Shown: piece after piece, positions 23,923 to 35,092 of the stretch
Position numbering within the stretch: the stretch's first letter is position 1
How the letters are laid out: the number at the start of each line of letters is the position of its first letter
From: Eledone cirrhosa
Lineage: Eukaryota
NCBI GenBank assembly: GCA_964016885.1
Contig: OZ024744.1
Location: 40,982,001-41,046,000 of the forward strand
Length of the DNA: 64,000 bases
Direction of reading: 5' to 3'
Notes under the pieces: generated by a model
Told to the model about the DNA's origin: nothing
Databases searched by the model: none
What the model saw: only the letters and a program-made list of their open reading frames with translations
Made by a program: the position numbers and the translations under genes

Positions 23923-24444
23923 AGTGTGTATTTGACCTAATTATAAACTAATTCACTCTTTCAGTATATACTTAGAAAAGTTTAAACCTGGTGTGTAATC
24001 TATGTAAAATATATTAACACTTGCAATAATGTATCTAGTATTTATTTAGATTTATTCATTCAATTTACCAGTCTCTTTTATTCCTATGCAAATTTCTCTT
24101 ACATTTCCCTGTATTTTAACCACTAATATACTTATGTTATAAATTTACAATAATGTATGAACAATTATAGAGATTTATGTTTTAATTCAATTTCCCTGTA
24201 AATAGTCTTGAGCCTCACTATTCAAATTTCACTTATTATTATTATATTAATCTAACTAATATATTTTCTTTACTTTTAAATATTGTGTTAATGTTGAATG
24301 TGATATTTCTGTTGTTAACTTCTCAGTCTGACTTAACTGGCAACAACCTCTGGTGTTGAAAGTAACTGTCTCTCTGGAGGTTTCACATATCTGTCTTGGT
24401 AATGGTCTCTCTCATTGTTGCTTGACACATCATATATATATATA

Positions 24445-24668
24445 TCATCATCATCACTCTTTTACGACCGTTCTTCCACTCTAGCATGGGTTAGACGGGT
24501 TGTCCTGTTGTGGGCAGTGTCCAGTCGGCTGACTTTGTCTTGCTCATACGATCACTGATTCTGGCTTGATTTCTACAGCTGGATGCCCTTCCTAACACCA
24601 ACCTCATTTACAGTGAGTGATGGTGTTTTTTTTTGCCATGGCACCTCCACGACCACTTTGCAGTGGAA
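24445..24668 (-). mobile_element. RTE LINE 3' UTR fragment
   Basis: (CAT)n followed by CGTTCTTCCACTCTAGCATGGGTTAGAC, same as 9213-9470. Confidence 0.8.
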
Positions 24669-24694
24669 TGATAGGGACCCCAGTCCTATCATCT

Positions 24695-24815
24695 CATTTC
24701 TACAGCTGAGTCAACTGGAGCAATGTGAAATAAAGTGTTTTGCTCAAGGAAACAACACATCACCCAGTCTGAGAATTGAACTAGCCCAATGCTCTAACCA
24801 CTAAGCTATGCGCAT
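24695..24815 (-). mobile_element. tRNA-derived SINE fragment
   Basis: Minus strand has an A-box-like TAGCTTAGTGG, then GTTCAATTC, then the CCTTGAGCAAAACACTT core. Confidence 0.65.
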
Positions 24816-24837
24816 TCACCACTATATATTTATATAT

Positions 24838-25912
24838 AGAAGTAGGTGTACATCAGGGTTCAGTACTCAGCCCATTCTTGTTCATTATAGTCCTCCAAGC
24901 CATAATAGAGGTGTTCTCTATGCTGATGATCTGGTTCTTATAGCAGAATCAGTAGAGGAGCTAGAGAATAAATTCTGGCTATGGAAATAGCAGTTGGAAT
25001 CAAGAGGACTGAGAGTGAACCTAGCTAAGACAAAAGTGTTGATGAGTAGAAAAGAGGACAAAACTCTGATTCCGTCAGGGAAATGGCCATGTTCGATATG
25101 TAGGAATGGAACTGGCATAAATTACATAAAATGTACGCAATGCAGATCTTGGGTACACCAGAGATGTAGTGTGATAGCAGGCAAACTGACAGGTAGTGAA
25201 AACTACGTATGCAGTACATGTACAGGGAAAGTTCGCAGTAGTAATCGCAGTGATAGACATTTTTCTAATGCAGGTGGGTTCTATAGAAGTGGTTGATAGC
25301 TTCCGGTACCTAGGTGATCTGTTTAGCATGGGAGGGGGTGTTCCGAGGCCATAGTATCTAGAATAAGGACGGGTTGGAAGAAGTTTAGGGAGCTGCTTCC
25401 TCTGTTGACAAAGAAGGGTTTCTCCCTGCATTCGAAAGGACAGTTATATGATGCCTGTGTGAGATGCGCGATGCTGCATGGTAGTGAGACATGAGCAGCA
25501 ACTGCAGAAGATATGCAACAGCTAGAGAGAAATAAAGCAAGTATGCTCTGTTGGATGTGCAATGTCAATGTGCGTGAATGACCAAGCATAGACGAGTTGA
25601 GAAAGAAACTGGGTATAAGAGGGATAAGTTGTGGAGTGCAGGAGAGAAGGCTGAGATGGTATGGGCATGTGATGCGCATGGAGGATGACCACTGGATAAA
25701 GAAGTGACAAGAAATCCCAGTAGAAGGAAGACGCAGTAGATGTAGACCTCGAAAAACCTGGGTGGAGGTGGGGAGAGCAGACCTCAGATCGCTGAAACTC
25801 ACTGAGGAGATGATGAAGGACCGTGACAAGTGGAGAGATGCTGTGCAGAATAGGACCCGTCCAACAAGCAGGGAAAAGCGGACGTAAAATGATGATGATG
25901 ATGATGATGATG
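24838..25912 (+). mobile_element. RTE LINE 3' fragment
   Basis: LYADDLVL, LRVNLAKTKVL, RWYGHV; internal stops; (GAT)n tail. Confidence 0.9.
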
Positions 25913-25925
25913 ATATATATATATA

Positions 25926-27865
25926 TCATCATCATCATCATCATTTTACGCCCGCTCTTGCCTGCTTGCAAGGGGGGGGGGGGTCTTATTCAGTACAGCA
26001 TCTCTCCACTTGTCACGGTCCTTCGTCATCTCCACCGTGAGCTTCTACGATCTGAGGTCTGTTCTCAACACCTCTGCCCATGTTTTTCATGGTCTACCTC
26101 TACTATGTCTCCCTTCAACTGGCATTTCCTCGCACTTCATTCTATCCCTCTCAGACACAGTTTCTCTCTCAACACATTCATGCTCGGTCGTTCACGCACA
26201 TTGACACTGCACATCCAACGGAGCATGCTTGCCTCATTTCTCTCTAGCCATCGCATATCCTCTGCAGTTGCTGCCCATGTCTCACTACCATGCAGCATCG
26301 TGCTCCTCACACAGGCATCATATTACCGGCTTCTCGTACGCAGGGAGAAACCCTTCTTCGTCAGCAGAGGAAGCAGCTCCCTAAACTTCTTCCAACCCGT
26401 CCTTATTCTAGATACTATGGCCTCGGAACACCCCCTCCCATGCTAATCTGATCTCCTAGGTACCGGAAGCTATCCACCACTTCTATATCACCCGTCTGCA
26501 TTTGAAAAATGTGTCTATCAATGCGACTTCTACTGTCTAATTCCCCTGTACATCTACTGCATACGTATTTCTCCCTACCTGTTAGTTTGCCTGCTATCCC
26601 GCTACATCTTTTGTGTACCCAGGATCTGCATTGTGTGCATTTTATAGAATTCATGCCAGTTCCTTTTCTGCATATCAAACATGGCCATTTCCCTGACGGA
26701 ATCAGAGTTTTGTCCTCTTTTCTACTCATCAACACTTTTGTCTTAGCTAGGTTCACTCTCAGTCCTCTTGATTCCAACTGCTGTTTCCATAGCCAGAATT
26801 TATTCTCTAGCTCCTCTACTGATTCTGCTATAAGAACCAGATCGTCAGCATAGAGAAGTTCCCATGGACAGCCAGTCTTAAACTCCTCTGTTATGGCTTG
26901 GAGGACTATAATGAACAAGAGCGTGCCGAGGACCGAACCTTGATGCACTCCTACTTGTATCTGGAATTACTCACTAAACTCCATTCCTACCCTGACTTTA
27001 CTGACAGTACCTCTGTACAAAGTTTGCATTGTCCTCACAAGCCATTCCTCAACACCTAGCTTCCTTAGGGACCACCAGATGACAGGTCGGGGTACCCTAT
27101 CAAAGGCCTTCTCTAGGTCAACAAAGGCTAAGTATAGTGGCTTATTTTTCTCTAAGAACCTCTCTTGCATTTGTCTCACCAAGAAGTGGGCATCTGTTGT
27201 ACTCTTCCCAGGCACAAAACCAAACTGCATCTCATCTAGTTTGACCCTTTCTCTAATTAGTTGTGCTAATATCCTTTCTGCCACTTTCATAATCTGATCC
27301 ATCAGCTTTATGCCCCTATGATTGCTCCTCTCCAGAGCATCCCCTTTACCTTTGTAGCAATTTATGAGAATACTTCTGCACCAGTCTTTGGGTATTCCCC
27401 ACCATATATAACCTGATTGATGATGCGTGCAACCAGTTTAGTGCCTACTTCCCCTGATGCCTTCAGCATCTCAGCAACTATCCCCGACGGTCCAGCAGCC
27501 TTACCATTTTTCATTTCCTTAATCTCCTCTTGGACCCTATATTCGTCGATCTCAATAGCTGGTCCCTCTGTCGGATCTACTGAGGGTAATTTCTCTCTCT
27601 CCCATTGGTTCTCCACATTGATCAGTCTCTCATAATAACATTTCCAGGCCTCCTTTTTCTGATTATTTGTGACACTAAGTACATCGGCATCATTCCGGAC
27701 ACATTTATCTCCAAAAACATCCTGATTTGCATTGACACACTGCCTTGCAATGTGGAACACCGCACGCCTCTGATCTTCCCATCACAGAACATTGGCAAAC
27801 CTCCTACTCTCAGCCTCCCTGCGTGCTAAGTACACCTGACGTCTAGCTTCTCTCTTAGCGGCTGT
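25926..27865 (-). mobile_element. RTE LINE 3' half, same family as 24838-25912, tail-to-tail
   Basis: QFGFVPGKSTTD, FVDLEKAFD, QGSVL, LLYADD; (CAT)n tail. Confidence 0.92.
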
Positions 27866-28185
27866 ATATCTATCTATATATATATATACATGTATATATG
27901 CATTTAAGTATGTATGTATATGTGTATATATGTCTATGAATGTATGCATCACCATCAATATTTTCTCAATTTCATGCAGAAACACTTGTTTATCAACTGG
28001 CATCATCTAGTGTCCTCTGCCGATGAAAGCTGGTAAATAATTTAAGTGAGTTATAGCTAAGTTGCATCAATATCCAAAGCTGATATGAAATACATTTATA
28101 TCAATGTAGTTTCTATAAATATAACATGGCATACAAGAACAAGTTCTAGAACTAAGCCATCACTAGTTTAACCTCTTCAAATAAT

Positions 28186-28365
28186 TGTTTCTACTTTTGG
28201 CACAAGGCCGGAAATTACCCATTACATTACTCTTACTTTATTTTATCGACGCCGTAAGGATGAAAGGCAAAGTTAACTGCGGCAGGATTTGAACTCAGAA
28301 TGGAAAGAGCCGTAACTCTATGCGTCAAAGCATCGCATCCGACCCTCTACCAATACTGACAATCC
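28186..28365 (-). mobile_element. tRNA-derived SINE with 15-bp TSD
   Basis: ACCTCTTCAAATAAT at 28171-28185 and 28366-28380; B-box-like GAGTTCAAATCC; same family as 28970 and 32236. Confidence 0.85.
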
Positions 28366-28564
28366 ACCTCTTCAAATAATATTTAGTTTCCTTTTAGTGA
28401 GAAAATTGACTCTGTCACAAACATTTGGACCAGTTATTTGGCATTCAACTAACTGGGTATCTTAGTATCTTGCTTTCTACTTAACTAACTAATAATTTAG
28501 CAGAAAATGTCTTAAAACAACTTCATCGGTTCAACTCTTTATAGTATCGTTACTAGTGAACAGA

Positions 28565-28945
28565 TCATCATCATCATCATCATTGTTTAACATATATTTT
28601 TCCATGTTTGCATGGTTTGAATAGGTTTTCATGTTATGATACAAGTCAGGGCAGTTGACCATGTCTTGTTCATACAGATCTATATTTTGGCTTAGTATTT
28701 ATAGCTGGATGCCCTTCCTAACACCAACCATGTTACATTGTGGACTGAGTGCTTTTTATCGTGTATTATGTACTTTTTTCTCAAGTCGCCAGCATGACCA
28801 ACTTACAGGGTAGACTGGGTGCTTTCTTTCTTGTGTCATAGACCACCTTACAGAGAGGACTGGGTGGGATTTTTTTCACATTTCACCAACATGACCACAT
28901 TACAGGGTGGACTGGGTTTTTTTTTTTCATGTTATCAGTATGTTC
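28565..28945 (-). mobile_element. Old RTE-type 3' UTR remnant with internal tandem subrepeats
   Basis: (CAT)n, GCTGGATGCCCTTCCTAACACCAACC, repeated TTACAGnGTGGACTGGG units. Confidence 0.65.
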
Positions 28946-28969
28946 ACAGATCATTATGAAAATTAGCAG

Positions 28970-29134
28970 ATAGAGGGTCGGACGCCATGCTTTGACGCAT
29001 AGAGTTACGGCCCTTGCCATTCTGAGTTCAAATCCCGCCGAGGTTAACTTTGCCTTTCATCATTACGGGGTCGATAAAATAAAGTACCAGTAATGTACTG
29101 GGTAATTGCTGGCCTTGTGCCAATAGTAGAAACA
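28970..29134 (+). mobile_element. 5'-truncated tRNA-derived SINE with 17-bp TSD
   Basis: ATTATGAAAATTAGCAG at 28953-28969 and 29135-29151; GAGTTCAAATCC and GCCTTTCATC..GGGGTCGATAAAATAAAGTACCAG. Confidence 0.88.
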
Positions 29135-29639
29135 ATTATGAAAATTAGCAGCATTAAAGTGATGATTTCATTGTAAAAACTTAACATTCTTTATGCTGCT
29201 CTTTGTTTTAAAGAGTGGATGTAAATTATTTTCTGGGGGTTTCAGCTGCCTGAAATGATAGGTGTCCATTATTGGAAATAAACCCCTCTTGGAAAACAGG
29301 CTTTCTGCAGCCATTGAAGAAATATCTCAACATCCTATCTGATGTTCTGATGACTCTGACAAACCAACCAACTTTGTATAACCCATTGTTGTTTCTAGTT
29401 GAACAGGCATGGCTGAATAGCTAAGATGTTTGCCCCACCAGTCAGGAAGTCTTGGTTTCAATCTCACCGGAATCTAGGGCATATCCTCCTTTTGATCTAA
29501 ACCTTGTAAGTAAAATTAGATAAACAGGAACTTTAATACAACTAGATTTAGTCATGCTGATTCTGCTTGGGAATTACATTAGAGACATACATGTCTGTAG
29601 AATACACAACATACCTTAGAGGTGGAAATAGTAGTTATA

Positions 29640-30305
29640 GAGTGGTTCTGGAGGAAGCAGCGTTGGTGGGTGCAGTATTGATTAGGAGTGCTAGTGGGAG
29701 GGGGTCAGGGATGGGTCAGGTCATATTGTATGCTTCTGGCCAGGTCTGCATCATCACAGCCGAGTGACAGCCCTCTTGATCCTTTGTCATCTCAGTTCAG
29801 GCTTAGTTTCTTAATGTCGCTCTTTATCATCTCATCCCATATCTTCCTAGGTCTGCCTTTTCTTCAGGTTCCAGTCACTGGGACTACTCTGCATTTCTTT
29901 ATGCAGCTGCTATCCCCCATTTGCATCACATGTCCATACCAGTGCAGTCTTCTTTCTTGCACATTACATCCAATTCTTCTTATACAAAATTTTCTTCTCA
30001 GTTCACTTATGCTACATCATTCATGCCCACAAATATTACACATCCATTTGAGCATACTCGTTTCATTTCTTTTCAGCTTTCACATTCTTCTGTGGTTAAG
30101 GCTCCTGTTTCACTGCCATGTAGCATTGCTGTTCACATGGTGTCATGATATAGTCTAACCTTCACTCAGAGCAACAAGCGTTTTGCTGTCAGCAGAGATA
30201 TTGGTTCTTTAAACTTCTAACCTCTTCTGATCCTGGCTATCACTCTTTATATGTATCTGCCCCCACTGCTAATTTGATCACCTGAGTAACAAAAGCTGCT
30301 GACAA
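29640..30305 (-). mobile_element. Old RTE LINE 3' fragment
   Basis: Similar to 9560-10080 (CATCACATGTCCATACCA, TCACTGCCATGTAGCATTGC). Confidence 0.75.
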
Positions 30306-30859
30306 TATATATATATATATAGTCTTTCATCAGAAAAAAATGCTTTTGTATTTAGAGTGGATATGTATGTGCGTAAATGAGTAAGTGTGTGTGTGTTTGT
30401 TGTTTGTCTGTATCAAGCTGTGAAGATATGTGTGTGTATAAATGTGCACAGGATGAAGCAACATATAGAGGTCTCCTGTTGGCACCATCTCTCCACCCCT
30501 ACTCCTCCTGAGTATGAGTCACTCCACCTCCTCACTAGCTAAATACCCCACCCTAGACCTACCTCTCCAACCCCCACCCTACATACACACACCCACACTC
30601 CCACTTTCCACATCTGATGTACCTCTCTTGACCAATCCATGTATACAAGTATGGAAAGCTGAACACACTCTCTCACAAAATGCTGCTGAGGTGACTGAAA
30701 TCACTGAGTCCAACCAGTAAGTTCGCCTTAATGGTCTCATGACAAAAGAGAACCAAGTTCTCTCGGTTAGGTAACATAACAAAAGAGCACTTACCCCCCC
30801 TCCCCTGCAGAGTGGTCGTGTTGGTGACATGACGGCAGCATGTTTAGTCCTTCCCCTTG

Positions 30860-31222
30860 ACAGGAGGCACCCAGTTCATCCTGTAAGGTAATGTTGTTGG
30901 CACAAAAGAAGGCACACAGTCTGCTCTGTGGAGTGGTCAGGTTGATAGTACAACATGAAAATAAATGCCCAATTCACCCAGTAAAGTAGGTGTGATGGCG
31001 ATATGACAAAAGCACCCAGCCCGACCTGTGAAGGGGTTTTGTTGGAGACACAACAAAAAGTGCCCAGTTCCCATTGTAAAATTGATCGTTTTGGTGCCAC
31101 GACAAAAAATGGTTCCCTGTTAGCAAGACACAGTCCTCTGGTCTGACTTGTCTCACAACAGGACAACTCATCTAACCCATGTTAGCATGGAAAACGGATG
31201 TTAAATGTGATGATGAGGATGA
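30860..31222 (+). mobile_element. RTE-type 3' UTR remnant
   Basis: Ends TCTAACCCATGTTAGCATGGAAAACGGATGTTAAATGTGATGATG. Confidence 0.6.
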
Positions 31223-31642
31223 TAGTATATACATATAAGAGTAAGATTTGGCAAATGACAATAAAGTGCGAGATAAAATTTTACTTGTATTGATTGTGAC
31301 TGATGACAGAGGTTGGCTTAGAAAAGGAAGTAAAGGAAAAATGAAAGAAAGAGGTTTATAATGAGTGGAGATTCAAGATTCATCGCACTTATGAATTATT
31401 TATTTTTGTGTTTACATAATATAATCCATGAGATGAATTAAGAAGTACATTGGCAGAAACTGTTCCATTAGAAATCAGTTGTTAATCTTATTATAATGAT
31501 TATATGACACAAACAAGAAAAGATTTCCTATCTCAACGCAGGAGGGAAATGTGATGGTAATACGTGCTCTGGAAACTGTGACTGCTATTTGTAGATGGTT
31601 ATATGGTCATGGTTTGAAATTATATATACATACATACTTATA

Positions 31643-32062
31643 TGATGGCTGCCCCCTCATTATCGAGTATGGCCACTGCACGATATAACATTATTAATAA
31701 TTATTAATTAATTCTATCGTGCAATGCCTGTGCGTGAAGATATTTTTTAAAGTGCACTGAGCCAATCCCACTCTCTCAGCAACAGTAGCTATAACCCGAA
31801 AAGAAGAAAAGATCAACATCATCGGTAACTACTGAGCCGCAGGTTTTATATTGGAGTAATCCCAGTTTCCTGAGTTGCCTTCTCCTAGAAGAATGCCCTG
31901 ACAAACGCTATGGGTCCTTTACTCCCAGTGGTTTAACCACGCGGTACATGTCTATAACCATATTTACACACTTTCGGATGGCCGTTGACTCTTATAAGTT
32001 CTTCCGCCCTTTGTCAGGTTTTGTTTTTTGCCCTGCAGGGTGTCCAAATTCACCCTCCTCAC
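31643..32062. mobile_element. Diverged copy of the 1679-2290 repeat family
   Basis: Shared ATGnTGGCTGCC..TCGAGTA, GCAATGCCTGTGC.TGAAG, CCTTCTCCTAGAA, CAGGTTTTGTTTTT..CCTGCAGG.TGTCCAAA. Confidence 0.75.
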
Positions 32063-32235
32063 ATATTATAGATTCTTGGAATGTGTTTATTACGCAATTT
32101 ACACTTGAGGATGTCACCGGGTTCTTATGCAACATGGCCACTGAAATATGCATTGTGTTTGCAGAAATAAATAATTAAGGAAATTCAATCTATTTGGTCT
32201 CCTGTCATTTTACTTTATAATATATATATATATAA

Positions 32236-32421
32236 GGGCGGTGGATTGGCAGTATCGGTAGAGGGTCGGACGCCATGCTTTCCAGCATAGTTACGTCCCT
32301 TTACGATCTGAGTTCAAATCCCGCCGAGGTTGACTTTGCCTTTCATCCTTACGGGGTCGATAAAATAAAGTACCAGTAATGCACTGGGTAATTGCGTGCC
32401 TTGTGCCTAAAGTAGAAACAA
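32236..32421 (+). mobile_element. tRNA-derived SINE, full length
   Basis: GGCGGTGGATTGGCAG..GAGTTCAAATCCCGCCGAGG..GATAAAATAAAGTACCAG; inserted in (TA)n. Confidence 0.85.
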
Positions 32422-32691
32422 TATATATATATATATATATATACCATGCTGGCCAGCATGGTACATATAAGCCACATCGGACACTGGAATAGTTCCTTTA
32501 TTTTCCTCAGAAGAAAAGATATTAATCTCGAAATATCAGGACCTATGAATAAATTAAGGTAAAAAAACAAGCCCTGTTTCTTATGATTTAATTATTTTCC
32601 ATCCAAACCTGCATTGTCATGGCTTTCAAACTTCGAATTCTTTATATTATATACAATGCTTCAAGTAAACTACAAATTCATACATATATAT

Positions 32692-32850
32692 ATGGACACA
32701 CTAGAAGAAGAAGACCAAGGTTAACGTATGTTGATGCCCTAAGGACAGACACTGGTCTGTTGGAGACGCAGGACATGGCAGCGATAATGAGGGACAGAGA
32801 CCTCTGGAGAGAACTCGTCCATGGATCTCGGGAATTTTACCCGCCTTAGA
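32692..32850 (+). mobile_element. Extreme 3' end of a LINE ORF
   Basis: GHTRRRRPRLTYVDALRTDTG..MRDRDLWR resembles the RTE-like C-terminal G-RP..W/Y..DR..WR pattern. Confidence 0.55.
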
Positions 32851-32852
32851 AT

Positions 32853-33790
32853 AGTATATATATATGAAAGTATGTATGTATACGTACATACATATATGTA
32901 TACAGACGTACAGTATTATGTATATATATACATACATGCACACATATATATATGCACGTATCGGTTTACCGAATATTTATTATAATGCTCGGTTTGTTTG
33001 TTTGTAAACAAACAAACAGCACGAATTATGCCGTACAGTGTTTAGGCAACTACGTCACCTTTTTGTTCAACACTGACACAGGAACGATGTACTAGTTTCA
33101 AGCTATCGTCAGCATCGTATACCTTCCTGCCAGAGGGTTGAACGTCTGAAAGTATATACTTTCCTTATGCATATTAACGGCTGAGCAGCCTAATTTGCAT
33201 GTCCGGTGAGTTCAGTCGGCCGGGCGCACCGAAAACGATAAATGAAATAGAATGAAACGAAATTTCATTTCTCACTCTTAGTACGGCACTTACTTAAAGG
33301 TAAGTATGTATGTATACGTACATACATATATGCATACAGACGTACAGTAGTATGTATATATATACATACATACACACATATATATATATGCACGTATCGG
33401 ATTCCCGAACATTTATTATAATGCTCGGTTTGTTTGTAATATGCATAAGGAAAGTATATACTTTCAGACGTTCAACCATCTGGCAGGAAGGTATACGATG
33501 CTGACGATAGCTAATAAGCTTGAACAAAAAGGTGACGTGGTTGCCTAAACACTGTACGACGTAATTCGTGCTGTTTGTTTGTTTACAAACAAACAAATCG
33601 AGCATTATAATAAATGTTCGGTAAACCGATACGTGCATATATATATATATATGTGTGCATGTATGTATATATATATATACGTACTACTGTACGTCTGTAT
33701 ACATATATGTATGTACGTATACATACTTACATTTAAGTAAGTGCCGTACTAACAGTGAGAAATGAAATTTCGTTTCATTCTATTCTAAAT
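32853..33790. repeat. Complex inverted duplication of a PLE-terminus-like unit with split hammerhead motifs
   Basis: 32866-33175 inverted at 33436-33730; 32866-33002 directly repeated at 33303-33436; hammerhead parts at 33085-33117 (-) and 33496-33524 (+). Confidence 0.75.
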
Positions 33791-33969
33791 ATATATATAT
33801 ATATATATACGTATAGATTTCTCTTCATTTGCAGAAGACTTTACTTATTTATTGAGTCACTAAGTGTTATCATACTTGAGGTGGAAAACAATCAATATGG
33901 TGTATTTGTGTTGTTAGTATTAATTATAAAGTGTTGAAGGCTATCTATAGATGACATAGATAGATGTAT

Positions 33970-34230
33970 GGATTATCAACATCACTGTTTAACATCCTTT
34001 TTTCCACGTTAGCATCGCTTAGATGAGTTGTCTCATTGTGAGACAAGTTAGAGCAGGTGACAATGTCTTGCTCATATAGAACTGTTTAGGCTGGATGCCC
34101 TTCCTAATGTCAAACACTTTTACAGTTTGGACTGGGTGCTTTTTATAATGGCACCAAAACGACCACTTTACAGGGTGGGCTGGGAGCTTTTTGTCTTGTC
34201 ACCAACATGATCACTTTACAGAAGATCCCA
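33970..34230 (-). mobile_element. RTE-type 3' UTR remnant
   Basis: CATCACTGTTTAACATCC..GGCTGGATGCCCTTCCTAA. Confidence 0.6.
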
Positions 34231-34376
34231 CTTAGATCCAGTAAACAATTGCATACACTTTTAATCTGTACTAATATGTGTTTACGTATACTTATATATA
34301 TACAATCTTTATGAAAGAAAGATATATAAATGTATTCACACACACATATATTATATAGTATATTATATATATATAA

Positions 34377-34453
<77 letters not shown>

Positions 34454-34797
34454 CAATCAAATTACATTTATTAAAAAAAGCCTGCCTGAGCCACTTTTTT
34501 TAAAGTAAAAAGAAATTCAAACAAACTGGCGCGAAACCTGATGTGCATATTCACCTGACTGCATCAACCAACCAAACTTCACTCATATATGAAAAAACAA
34601 CCTGAGCCCCCCCCCCCCCTTTGTTTAAAGAATTTGTAACGCGAACTGGCGCGAAATTTATTATAATTTTTGACCAACCAATCAAAATACTTCTCTAAAA
34701 ACCTGGCGTTTCGAGCCACAATTTTCCATATAAAACATGTAACACTCAAAGACCAACCAGATGTGAGAAAAACCACAGAACCTCCATCTCAACTCTA

Positions 34798-34833
34798 ATT
34801 TTGAAAAGCAGAAGAACTGCGAAACCGGTAAAG
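34798..34833 (+). ncRNA. Minimal hammerhead motif, U3-A8 core variant (5' pLTR)
   Basis: TT-TTGAAAA-GCAG-AAGAA-CTGC-GAAA-CCGG-TA-AAG; the 3' pLTR copy (39524-39559) keeps stem I CTT/AAG but has G12A. Confidence 0.65.
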
Positions 34834-35092
34834 GAACCAAATATATATATATATTTTTTTAAAAATAAGACTCCAGTTGCATTTTCGATTTCATCTTTTT
34901 TCTTTATACTTTCACTCGTGTAGGACACCTCGGTTACTTTTCATTTTGTAAAAAAAAAACACTTTCTAACATATATATATATATATATATATTTATTTAT
35001 TTAGGTTTGTTGGTTCACCACTGGATAGAATTGGTCATTATGTATGGTCAAACCTCAGTTTCTAATATATACCAACCACACGAAGACCGAAA

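Noticed and set aside
28720-28920. CRISPR-like regularly spaced repeats (also 44400-44860)
   Set aside because: Degenerate subrepeats of RTE 3' UTRs in eukaryotic DNA; spacers are related to each other and no cas genes are present
32236-32330. tRNA gene
   Set aside because: A/B-box-like head belongs to a multi-copy SINE; no cloverleaf
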